Shown in pieces: positions 37,301 to 48,639 of a stretch of DNA of 64,000 bases. This DNA is from Selaginella moellendorffii (taxonomy: Eukaryota; Plantae; Lycopodiophyta). Position 1 is the stretch's first letter. Each line of letters begins with the position of its first letter. A program made the translations under genes and the position numbers. The stretch covers positions 1,093,430-1,157,429 of the forward strand of contig NW_003314297.1 in NCBI RefSeq assembly GCF_000143415.4. Reading direction: 5' to 3'. Below the pieces are notes generated by a model that saw only the letters and a list, made by a program, of their open reading frames with translations, was not told where the DNA came from and searched no databases.

Positions 37301-38270
37301 GCCCACGAGAAGGAATTGTTTGCGGTGGTCAAGGCGCTCAAAGAGTGGCGACACTACCTTGGGAGACACTTCAAGGTTTACACGGACAATGTGGCAACGA
37401 AACACTTCTTGTCACAACCCGACCTGAGAGGGAAACAAGGTCGGTGGGCCAATGCCTTGGCCGAGTTTGATTGCGAGATTCTGTACAAGCCTGGGAAGAG
37501 CAACATCGTGGCAGATGCGCTAAGTCGAAAAGCGAGCTTGAGGTTGGCGATCTCCAGCGCAACAGCAACCTTCTGGGACGATGTGCGGACAGCATATGAG
37601 AACGATGGTCTAGCACAAGAAGTGTTGTTGAGGAATCTGGAGGCACGGGAAGCTCACCAGAGAGGTGAGCCGCCAACGGAAGAGAAAACGGGCTATGCGG
37701 AACGCAATGGACTCATTTATTACAAGCAAACGAGGGTGTATGTTCCAGAAGGTGGACTAAGGAAGGTAGCCTTAGAAGAGTGTCATGACGGACCTCTTGC
37801 GGGACACGGCGGAGTGCCCAAGACGATGGGCTTACTCAAGAGGAAGTACCATTGGCCAGATATGGCTAAGGACGTCCAAGACTATGTAAAGACATGTCCA
37901 ACATGTCAGCAGGTCAAAGCCGTGACTAAGGCTAGTGGGGGCTTGTTGCAAAGCATCCCCATTCCAGATCGTCCGTGGAAATGTCTCACGATGGACTTCA
38001 TCACGGGACTACCCCCAAGCGAGGGGTTCGATGCGATATTCGTGGTGGTGGACCGATTTTCGAAGATGGCACATTTCATACCCACCACAACGGAGGTAGA
38101 TGCGGAAGGTGTGGCGAAACTGTTCTTCGAACAAGTGGTTCGAGTGCGGGGAAGGCCAGAGGAGATTATCTCAGACCGAGATAAGATCTTCACTAGTAGG
38201 TTCTGGAGGACCCTCCTGGAACAGTATCGCACCAAGTTGAAATTCAGCACAGCCTATCACCCACAGACAG

Positions 38271-38317
38271 GTATGGGGTATTAAGTCAAGTTTGGTGGTC
38301 CTAACACTTCTTGACAG
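38271..38317 (+). other. Intron 1 in integrase, copy 1 (47 nt)
   Basis: CAG|GTATGG...CTAAC...TTGACAG|AC; removal gives [16 protein letters not shown]. Confidence 0.88.
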
Positions 38318-38734
38318 ACGGACAAACGGAAAGGGTGAATAGGCAGCTGGAGGATTATTTGCGATGCTATGTCTCGGGAGACCAGACCGATTGGGTAAGT
38401 CATTTGGGACTTGCGGAAATGTGTTATAACAACTCACCACATTCGAGTATCGGGGTGAGTCCATGGGAAGTCATCAATGGGCGAGCTATTGAAGGTCATG
38501 TGGAACTCGGCGTGGCCGAGTATCATGGAGAGTACCCGCAGTGGAGGCATTCACGGCGGAAAGACTCAACATTTGGAATCTAGTGAGGGATTCCTTGGAA
38601 CGGGCTCAACAAAGGCAAACCAAGTACGCAAACCTAAAGCGCCGGGACGTAGAGTTCCAAGCTGGGGAGAAGGTGTGGCTGAACACCAAGAACCTTAGGC
38701 TACCAAGTGGGATCAGCCGAAAGTTGACCCAAAG

Positions 38735-38786
38735 GTAAAAATGCATGTATTCCTGTAAATGAATTGATCTTGAGTTCCTTAAGCAG
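38735..38786 (+). other. Intron 2 in integrase, copy 1 (52 nt)
   Basis: AAG|GTAAAA...TAAGCAG|G; removal gives [13 protein letters not shown]. Confidence 0.88.
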
Positions 38787-39574
38787 GTTCGCGGGGCCTT
38801 ACGAGATTGAGGCACGAATCGGTAAAGTGGCTTACCGACTCCGACTTCCTCGAGAGATGGGGAAGATGCACCCAGTGTTCCATGTGAACTTACTCAAGCC
38901 GTACTTTGAGGATCCGCTTCGCAAAGACCAAGTAAGACCTTTACCTGAGGTTATCCAAGGGGAAGAGGAATATGAAGTCGAGGCCATCCTCAATGCGCGC
39001 AAGAGCAAGCGACAAGGATGCGAGGTGAGAGAGTTCCATGTGAAGTGGAAAGGATTTCCACACTGCGAAGCAACATGGGAACCGGAGGAGAACCTAGCGA
39101 ACGCGCGAGATCTAGTGGAGGAATTTCTGCAAGGCAGAACTCTATGTACTTATGCAAAGTTCAATTAAAAATATCAATTTGCAAAGTTGAGCAAGTGGCA
39201 TATGTTGGGACCCGAAGGCGCGCCAAAGGTGAGCTAATTAGCATGGGTTAGCTAGGTCGACCAGGCGTAGGGAGCTACGCCCGACTCCCTGCGGGGATGT
39301 CGAAACCGTAGACGTATTCTACGGAGGTTGGGTTCGAGTCCCAACCCCCTAGTAAAGCAAGGCTGGGTTCAAGTCCCGACCCCATACTAGGGCGTGGTGA
39401 GGGGAGGAGTATAGGGACACCTATATTCCGTTGTCATGAGCTCTTGGCCGGGGAGGCTAACTTAGGCACACCGCTAAGTGGGGGGATGCCCCCGAAGACA
39501 TGGTCAACAAGTCGTAGGATAAAAAAAAGAGACGTTCGATGTGGGCATCGAACTTCTTCTATGGGTGGTGGAGT

Positions 39575-40723
39575 TGTAAGGAACCAACTCGCCGAGGTGT
39601 CGTAGGCTAAGGGAACCCCAAAAGCATGACCAAAATGACAAAGAGTTCATCGGATGGGACCAAGTCAAAGATCGAGTCCAAGACCGACTCTAGGACCGAG
39701 TTCGAGATCGAGTCCGGAATCGAGTCCGAGACCGACTCGGGGACCGAGTTCGAGTCCGAGTTCGAGACCGAGTTCGAGACGGAGTCCGAGATCCGAAATC
39801 GGGTCCGAGACCGAGTCCGAAGTCGAGTCCGAGGTCGGGCCCGAGATCGGGTCCGAGATCGAGTCCGCGATCGAGTCCGAGACCGAATCCGAAGTCGGAT
39901 CCGAAATCGGATCCGAGATCGAGCTAGAGACTAAGTCCAAATACTAATACGGGTCAAGGGGTGAAAGCCCAAAGCGTGCGTCCCCCAGGGGGGGGGGGGC
40001 TGCAGGGGGTTCCAAAAGTATAGTAGGGATAGTGAGGTCCAGGAACCAGTTTTGAAGGGACTCTCCAGTTGGGCTTCCAAACCGACTTGAGGTTGGGACT
40101 GGGACTAAGGGGCCTTGGGTGGGAGTGAGCATGGACTTGGCTGGTGCCGGAGGGGCCATCCAAGGAAGTGCTCAAGAGCAGCTCCCACTCCCGAAAGGGA
40201 AACCGATTGCGGTGCTCCCGGCTCATGTGGAGTGGTGCCCCACTTGAGTACCATGCGGCTCATTGGTCCTCGCCCTTCCTAGGGGCTTGGGCCTTCCTTC
40301 GGGATGGATGTGGGGGGCGAGGGGTACCCATACCGGGCCGTTAGGCCACGGTGTTTCGCCCCGGCGTCCCGAAGCAAGTGTTGCACTCAAGACTTGGGAT
40401 TTAGAGGGTCCCATGATCAAGTCTTGTGGTACCAAGGGATGTTAGGAATCTGGAAGCTTGGTGTGCTTGGCTGCTTGTGCTTGCGGGGAGTGTAGCCGAA
40501 CCTTAAGTCCAGTCTAACCCGGGGAGGGGGATTGGGAGTGATTTGGGAATCCGTGGAAGGATGGCTAACTCTCCGTTGCTCGTGCAGTGAGTAGCTGAAA
40601 CCAAGTAGGAGCTGGTACCATAGGCGAGAACCTTGGCAAGGGAACTTAGCAAAAGCCAAGGCAGTGTTGGACGGATAGACGAGGTAAGCTGGCAAATTGG
40701 AAAGGAAAAATTTGTGGCTTACA
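39575..40723 (+). repeat. LTR-B, shared central LTR (1149 bp)
   Basis: Preceded by a PPT-like tract, followed by the PBS at 40727-40738. Confidence 0.95.
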
Positions 40724-40782
40724 ATTTGGTATCGGAGCCTTTTCCTCAGTTCTAGCGAAGGATAGAGGCGGATTGCTGGGAG

Positions 40783-43700
40783 ATGGCAAGGGCAGGGCGT
40801 AAGCGAACCCAGGCGGAGACGGAACCTCCGCCAGAGCTGGAGCCTCGGGTCGAACAAGAGGCTATGGATGAGGAATCTTTGCATGAGGAGGACTCCAGTG
40901 AGGAAACCTCCAAACAGGAGTCCGGTGGCGAGGTTCGGTCGTCCAAGGCTCGATTGGACGTGCTAGAAGGACAGTTGGCACAGACCAATGCCCTGCTGGA
41001 AACTCTCGTACGCAAGCTAAAGCGTGACGAGAGGCGGAAGAAAAAGAAAAAGACTGCGGATGCTGGCAGCGCAGAAGGTGCGGATCTTTCGGCCGGGACT
41101 GAGGCAAAACCAGACAAGGTCGAACAGACCGAAGTGGAATCAGTCCCTCAGGCAGTTCCCAAGTACAAACCAAAGCCCCCACCGGTCTTCAAGGGAGTGA
41201 ATGACTATAAGGTGGTGGAGGATTGGTTTTACGATATGGAGGACTACTTCCGAGCGTTGCGGTTACCAAGCTCGGAGAAGGTCCCATGTGCAAAACCATA
41301 CTTGGCAGATAATGCCAAGTCTTGGTGGAGAACAACGGAGGCCAACGAAGGACCGGTGGTCACTTGGGACATGATGAAGGCGAGGATCCGCGCAACATAT
41401 GTTCCTCCGAATGCCACTCTGCATCTGAGGGATGAACTGAGTAGGCTGAAACAGACAGGAACCATCCAGGAATATGTGAATGGGTTCATGGCAAAGAGGA
41501 TACTTGTCACGGACATGGGGGATATGGATGCGTTCCATGCCTTCATATCAGGTTTGCAAACCTGGGCTCGCGGCGAGGTGATGAGGTGGAACCCGACCAA
41601 CTACAAGGAAGCGTTGGATGCGGCCATCAAGGTGCATTTCAATGATAACCTGCGAAAGGGGAACACGACGGGGTCGGGATCCACATTTAGCAAAGGGGCC
41701 AAACCAAGGGGAACGTATAGCAAGGGGAAATTCAAAAGGAGTTTCTCTAAGAATGAGTCCTCGGGGTTCCGGAAAGGCAAATCCGGTGGCCAGCGAGCGA
41801 GTACGTGGGGGAGTCAAGCGAAAAAGGACAAACCCACGGATAAGAAGGTCAAGTCGTATAGCAGCGTGGGAAACAACGTATGCTACAACTGCGGCGAAGC
41901 GGGACACTTCTCGAGGGAATGTCCCTACCCGAAGAAGGCCAGAGCCAATATGGCCATCAAGTCGGGTGAAGTCCAAACTGAGGTATGTGATCCAGTCCCT
42001 AACTCAAAGTTACTCATTACACGAGCAACTTTGGTAGAGAGTCGTTCGCGACATCTACTAGCCCTCCGAGGGAAGCTCGGAGGTAGCTTTGTTAAGATCC
42101 TTATTGACACGGGTGCTTCGGATAATTTTGTGGCTGCAGACATAGTCCGGCAAGCCGGACTAACGGTGCAGCGGCTAGGCGAACCAAGGACTATAGAGTT
42201 TGTTCAGGGTAGCCAAAGCACCGATGAGGTACTTCGACAAGCGAGAGTCGAAGTGGGGACATGGAAAGTGGACATGGATTTCACCGTCTTGGATATGGCG
42301 GGATTTGACGTGATCTTCGGAATGGATTGGTTTAATCGGTTCGTGGTAGCCCTGCATGGACAAGGTAGGAACCTTGTGGTATTGGCGAATGCCCAAGGAA
42401 GAAGGTCTAGGGTGGAGGCCCAGGATCTAAAGGTAGGGCAAAGCAAGGCCAAAGAGTCATGCTTGAACCTGGTGTCCACGAGAGGACAACTCACTAAAGG
42501 AACTAAGGCAGCTTTTTTGTGCTTACTCTCGGTGAAGAGTGACAAAAAGACAAGAACGGAAGAAGTGCCTTTAGTGATCCAGCGAGTGTTGGACCAATTC
42601 CAGGATACCATGCCGGAGGAGCTACCGGCGGGGTTGCCCCCCGCACGACCGATAGAACATAAGATTGAGCTTGTCGAGGGCGCTGAGGCGGTGGTTCGTC
42701 CCCCCTATCGTTTGAACGAAAAAGAACTCAAGGAGCTCAAGTGCCAACTAGAGGAGTTGGTGGGCAAAGGGTATGTTAGGTTGAGCAAGTCGCCGTATGG
42801 GGCGCCGGTATTATTTGTGAAAAAGAAAGATGGATCTATGCGCATGTGCATAGATTACCGGTTGCTCAACAAGTATACCAAGAAGAACAAGTACCCGTTG
42901 CCAAGGATTGAGGACCTGTTCGATAGGTTGGGAAAGGCAAAATACTTCTCGAGGATTGACCTAAGGTCAGGATACTACCAGATCAGGGTAGCCGAGGAAG
43001 ATGTCGAGAAGACAACCTGTCGAACGAGGTATGGGAGCTTTGAGTTTTTGGTGATGCCCTTTGGGCTGTGCAATGCGCCGGCAACGTTTTCGGCGTTGAT
43101 GAACCACGTCTTTGTACCCTATCTGGATCACTTTGTGGTCGTCTATATTGACGACATCCTGATCTATAGCGAGACGCTAGAGGAGCATGCCGAACACTTG
43201 GCGAAGGTGTTTGAGAAACTAAGGGAACATAAACTGTATGCTAAAGAGAGCAAATGTGACTTTGCTCAGCAAGAGGTAAAGTTTCTCGGGCATGTGGTGG
43301 GCCAGGACGGGCTCAAGGTGGACCCGGAGAAGGTCCAAGCGATCCAGGAATGGGAGCGACCATCGAATGTACATGAGTTGAGGGCGTTCTTGGGGCTATG
43401 CAACTACTATCGAAAGTTTATCAGACACTATTCGAGAGTAGCCCTACCCTTAACGGATCAAACGGGAAAAGGGAAGATGGTATGGACAGCGGAATGCGAG
43501 GCGGCATTCGTCCACCTCAAAGGGAAGTTGAGGAAGGCTCCGGTGTTGGCATTACCGGACTTTGGTAAGGACTTTGAGGTAGACACGGATGCTTCGGACT
43601 TTGCGTTAGGCGCAGTTTTGAAGCAAGACAACCATCCAGTAGCGTTCTTCTCGAAGAAGCTGGACAAGGCTCAACGGAAGTGGCCTGCCCACGAGAAGGA

Positions 43701-45555
43701 ATTGTTTGCGGTGGTCAAGGCGCTCAAGGAGTGGCGACACTACCTTGGGAGACACTTCAAGGTTTACACGGACAATGTGGCAACGAAACACTTCTTGTCA
43801 CAACCCGACCTGAGAGGGAAACAAGGTCGGTGGGCCAATGCCTTGGCCGAGTTTGATTGCGAGATCCTGTACAAGCCTGGGAAGAGCAACATCGTGGCAG
43901 ATGCGCTAAGTCGAAAAGCGAGCTTGAGGTTGGCGATCTCCAGCGCAACAGCAACCTTCTGGGACGATGTGCGGACAGCATATGAGAACGATGGTCTAGC
44001 ACAAGAAGTGTTGTTGAGGAATCTGGAGGCACGGGAAGCTCACCAGAGAGGTGAGCCGCCAACGGAAGAGAAAACGGGCTATGCGGAACGCAATGGACTC
44101 ATTTATTACAAGCAAACGAGGGTGTATGTTCCAGAAGGTGGACTAAGGAAGGTAGCCTTAGAAGAGTGTCATGACGGACCTCTTGCGGGACACGGCGGAG
44201 TGCCCAAGACGATGGGCTTACTCAAGAGGAAGTACCATTGGCCAGATATGGCTAAGGACGTTCAAGACTATGTAAAGACATGTCCAACATGTCAGCAGGT
44301 CAAAGCCGTGACTAAGGCTAGTGGGGGCTTGTTGCAAAGCATCCCCATTCCAGATCGTCCGTGGAAATGTCTCACGATGGACTTCATCACGGGACTACCC
44401 CCAAGCGAGGGGTTCGATGCGATATTCGTGGTGGTGGACCGATTTTCGAAGATGGCACATTTCATACCCACCACAACGGAGGTGGATGCGGAAGGTGTGG
44501 CGAAACTGTTCTTCGAACAAGTGGTTCGAGTGCGGGGAAGGCCAGAGGAGATTATCTCAGACCGAGATAAGATCTTCACTAGTAGGTTCTGGAGGACCCT
44601 CCTGGAACAGTATCGCACCAAGTTGAAATTCAGCACAGCCTATCACCCACAGACAGGTATGGGGTATTAAGTCAAGTTTGGTGGTCCTAACACTTCTTGA
44701 CAGACGGACAAACGGAAAGGGTGAATAGGCAGCTGGAGGATTATTTGCGATGCTATGTCTCGGGAGACCAGACCGATTGGGTAAGTCATTTGGGACTTGC
44801 GGAAATGTGTTATAACAACTCACCACATTCGAGTATCGGGGTGAGTCCATGGGAAGTCATCAATGGGCGAGCTATTGAAGGTCCTGTGGAACTCGGCGTG
44901 GCCGAGTATCATGGAGAGTTACCCGCAGTGGAGGCATTCACGGCGGAAAGACTCAACATTTGGAATCTAGTGAGGGATTCCTTGGAACGGGCTCAACAAA
45001 GGCAAACCAAGTACGCGAACCTAAAGCGCCGGGACGTAGAGTTCCAAGCTGGGGAGAAGGTGTGGCTGAACACCAAGAACCTTAGGCTACCAAGTGGGAT
45101 CAGCCGAAAGTTGACCCAAAGGTAAAAATGCATGTATTCCTGTAAATGAATTGATCTTGAGTTCCTTAAGCAGGTTCGCGGGGCCTTACGAGATTGAGGC
45201 ACGAATCGGTAAAGTGGCTTACCGACTCCGACTTCCTCGAGAGATGGGGAAGATGCACCCAGTGTTCCATGTGAACTTACTCAAGCCGTACTTTGAGGAT
45301 CCGCTTCGCAAAGACCAAGTAAGACCTTTACCTGAGGTTATCCAAGGGGAAGAGGAATACGAAGTCGAGGCCATCCTCAATGCGCGCAAGAGCAAGCGAC
45401 AAGGACGCGAGGTGAGAGAGTTCCATGTGAAGTGGAAAGGATTTCCACACTGCGAAGCAACATGGGAACCGGAGGAGAACCTAGCGAACGCGCGAGATCT
45501 AGTGGAGGAATTTCTGCAAGGCAGAACTCTATGTACTTATGCAAAGTTCAATTAA
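40783..45555 (+). CDS. Intact spliced Gag-Pol polyprotein, copy 2 (exons 40783-44656, 44704-45121, 45174-45555; 1557 aa): Gag, CCHC knuckle, protease, RT, RNase H, integrase, chromodomain
   Basis: [35 protein letters not shown](35)E after splicing, [12 protein letters not shown]...VKWKGF...TWEPEENL. The exon sum of 4674 nt is a multiple of 3. Confidence 0.93.
44657..44703 (+). other. Intron 1 in integrase, copy 2 (47 nt)
   Basis: Identical to 38271-38317. Confidence 0.88.
45122..45173 (+). other. Intron 2 in integrase, copy 2 (52 nt)
   Basis: Identical to 38735-38786. Confidence 0.88.
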
Positions 45556-45959
45556 AAATATCAATTTGCAAAGTTGAGCAAGTGGCACATGTTGGGACCC
45601 GAAGGCGCGCCAAAGGTGAGCTAATTAGCATGGGTTAGCTAGGTCGACCAGGCGTAGGGAGCTACGCCCGACTCCCTGCGGGGATGTCGAAACCGTAGAC
45701 GTATTCTACGGAGGTTGGGTTCGAGTCCCAACCCCCTAGTAAAGCAAGGCTGGGTTCAAGTCCCGACCCCATACTAGGGCGTGGTGAGGGGTGGAGTATA
45801 GGGACACCTATATTCCGTTGTCATGAGCTCTTGGCCGGGGAGGCTAACTTAGGCACACCGCTAAGTGGGGGGATGCCCCCGGAGACATGGTCAACAAGTC
45901 GTAGGATAAAAAAGAGACGTTCGATGTGGGCATCGAACTTCTTCTATGGGTGGTGGAGT

Positions 45960-47073
45960 TGTGAGGAACCAACTCGCCGAGGTGTCGTAGGCTAAGGGAA
46001 CCCCGAAAGCATGACCAAAATGACAAAGAGTTCATCGGATGGGACCAAGTCAAAGATCGAGTCCAAGACCGACTCTAGGACCGAGTTCGAGATCGAGTCC
46101 GGAATCGAGTCCGAGACCGACTCGGGGACCGAGTTCGAGTCCGAGTTCGAGACCGAGTTCGAGACGGAGTCCGAGATCCGAAATCGGGTCCGAGATCGAG
46201 TCCGCGATCGAGTCCGAGACCGAATCCGAAGTCGGATCCGAAATCGGATCCGAGATCGAGCCAGAGACTAAGTCCAAATACTAATACGGGTCAAGGGGTG
46301 AAAGCCCAAAGCGTGCGTCCCCCAGGGGGGGGGGGCTGCAGGGGGTTCCAAAAGTATAGTAGGGATAGTGAGGTCCAGGAACCAGTTTTGAAGGGACTCT
46401 CCAGTTGGGCTTCCAAACCGACTTGAGGTTGGGACTGGGACTAAGGGGCCTTGGGTGGGAGTGAGCATGGACTTGGCTGGTGCCGGAGGGGCCATCCAAG
46501 GAAGTGCTCAAGAGCAGCTCCCACTCCCGAAAGGGAAACCGATTGCGGTGCTCCCGGCTCATGTGGAGTGGTGCCCCACTTGAGTACCATGCGGCTCATT
46601 GGTCCTCGCCCTTCCTAGGGGCTTGGGCCTTCCTTCGGGATGGATGTGGGGGGCGAGGGGTACCCATACCGGGCCGTTAGGCTACGGTGCCAAGGCAGTG
46701 TTGGACGGATAGACGAGGTAAGCTGGCAAATTGGAAAGGAAAAATTTGTGGCTTACAGTCCCATGATCAAGTCTTGTGGTACCAAGGGATGTTAGGAACC
46801 TGGAAGCTTGGTGTGCTTGGCTGCTTGTGCTTGCGGGGAGTGTAGCCGAACCTTAAGTCCAGTCTAACCCGGGGAGGGGGATTGGGAGTGATTTGGGAAT
46901 CCGTGGAAGGATGGCTAACACTCCGTTGCTCGTGCAGTGAGTAGCTGAAACCAAGTAGGAGCTGGTACCATAGGCGAGAACCTTGGCAAGGGAACTTAGC
47001 AAAAGCCAAGGCAGTGTTGGACGGATAGACGAGGTAAGCTGGCAAATTGGAAAGGAAAAATTTGTGGCTTACA
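45960..47073 (+). repeat. LTR-C (1114 bp), rearranged
   Basis: 48-bp shorter repeat array; internal copy of the LTR 3' end at about 46689-46757. Confidence 0.92.
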
Positions 47074-48639
47074 CCAACACTTGAGTAGTAGGAGATTCAA
47101 CCCAAGCTTCCACATTCTCTCGACCAGCAACAATCAAGCATGGGAGAAGCACAACACAACGAAGGCAAGCTGCCTTACTTCCACCATGATGATAACAAAA
47201 ACAAACAATAAAAGATGGAAGGTGAGGACAAAGTGGCTAACAACCTTGCTTTTGTACTGGTCAAGTGCACGGATGGCAGTAAAATGCCTGAGCAACTAGC
47301 AATCACCTAGAGGTCTTTAGCTCCAATAAATTACTTCTTGATGAAGACTTCCATTGCTACCTTGCTTGCCACAAAGGAGCCCATGTCATTAAGCTCCTAA
47401 GCTAAAGACCTCAAGGTGATTGCTAGTCACTCGGGCTTTTTACTACCATCCATGCACTTGACTAATGCAAGAACAAGGTCATTAACCACTTTATCCTCAC
47501 CTTCAATCCTTTATTGTTTTATTTGTTGTCATCATGGCAAAAGTAAAGCAACTTGCCTCTGTTGTGTTGTGCTCCTCCTATGTTTGACTATTGCTAGTCG
47601 AGAAGCTCAGGTTGAAACTCCTACTGCTGTTGGGTCTTGCAAGTGTTGGGTCTTGCAAGTGAGGAGGGCTACTTGCTGGAGGGTGGCTTTCTTGATGTTT
47701 GTTATGCTATGATTGGTCAAGTGGTGGATCTTCTTGGCCTTTCACTTGGACAATCCCTTGAGTCAGGAATTTTTTGCGAGTGTCAAATCCCCTGACTTGT
47801 CTAATTGTGGCACCTCATCAAAATTGTGATAGAAGGAGCTATTTACATCATTATAGACTACTTCATTGTTGTTCTCATCCGATGAGTTTAAGAGGAGGAG
47901 TTTTTAGTGCCACTCCCTTCTCCTTTGTTGTTTGGAATTTTTTTAGTTCTCCTCATTCTCCATGGTTTTTGTTGGTGTAGATCGTCTTGGTTGCTCACAA
48001 GACTTGTCTAGTTTCCTTGTTTGGCTCTGGGATTTTTGGTAACCATTTAAGTCTATTTTAAACATGGCATATTCGGCCTCTTTAGTGAAGTTAATGTTTC
48101 TTCCTCACTAGTGGAGAGCTCAACCGCTACAAGATCCTCATCCTCGCTAGTGTTGGTACCATTATTGTAGTTTGGTTGTGTTACTTCGGGAGGAAGCATT
48201 GACATTAGTTAAATTGTTGGTGGAAAGATTAGCTTGTACAGTGGAGCAAGGTAGAGAAAAACTATAGTTTTTCTTGGCTTGCAACTACTCAAGATTTTTT
48301 GAACTCCTCGCATGAAATTTAGAAATTTGTCATGAATCTGCTCAACCAAATCCACCTACTCTTCTTTGTTTAATAGCTAGTAAAGTTGTGCAAGATTGAT
48401 GTTGATGCTTTTCAGATTCTTCTTAGCCTCAAGGATGATGGAGAAAAATTTCACTCTCTCCTAATGCTTCTTGTGAATCCAAAAGATGCTCATCCCCTTC
48501 CCCTTCAAGTATAATAAAATTTTGTGGACATCACAAAGATTAGCTTACATAATGATTGAGTGATGAGCTTGTGGACAACAGTTAAGCACTTGGTGGAAAG
48601 ATCAGCTTGTACAGTGATTGCCAAAAAATTTTGAATCAC

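Larger units (their letters stand above)
34397..39168 (+). pseudogene. Gag-pol, copy 1 (disabled)
   Basis: Nearly identical to copy 2, but TGG>TAG at 34979-34981 and a 1-nt deletion near 38532 in integrase exon 2. Confidence 0.92.
33190..47073 (+). mobile_element. Tandem Ty3/gypsy chromovirus (family 2): LTR-internal-LTR-internal-LTR
   Basis: Three LTRs at 6385-bp period, two PBS, two gag-pol regions, single TSD CCAAC (33185-33189, 47074-47078). Confidence 0.97.
32297..48530. repeat. Large diverged inverted repeat: left arm about 32297-33189 plus 47074-47322, loop 47323-47399, right arm about 47400-48530
   Basis: Reverse-complement matches traced by eye along about 1.1 kb (e.g. 33065-33120 vs 47712-47770); the left arm is interrupted by the chromovirus. 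Confidence 0.85.

Noticed and set aside
39326-39381. Genuine tRNA genes
   Set aside because: Only T-arm-like hairpins; no acceptor, D or anticodon arms recognisable.
44657-44703. Ribosomal frameshift or sequencing error as the cause of the integrase break
   Set aside because: 47 and 52 extra nt with GT/AG ends must be removed exactly to restore conserved motifs; frameshifting would insert about 16 residues into the D-35-E spacing.
45521-45582. Possible third (GC-AG) intron after the chromodomain
   Set aside because: AT-rich and intron-sized, but the donor GCAGAA is weak, there is no YAG acceptor, and the ORF ends normally at 45555.
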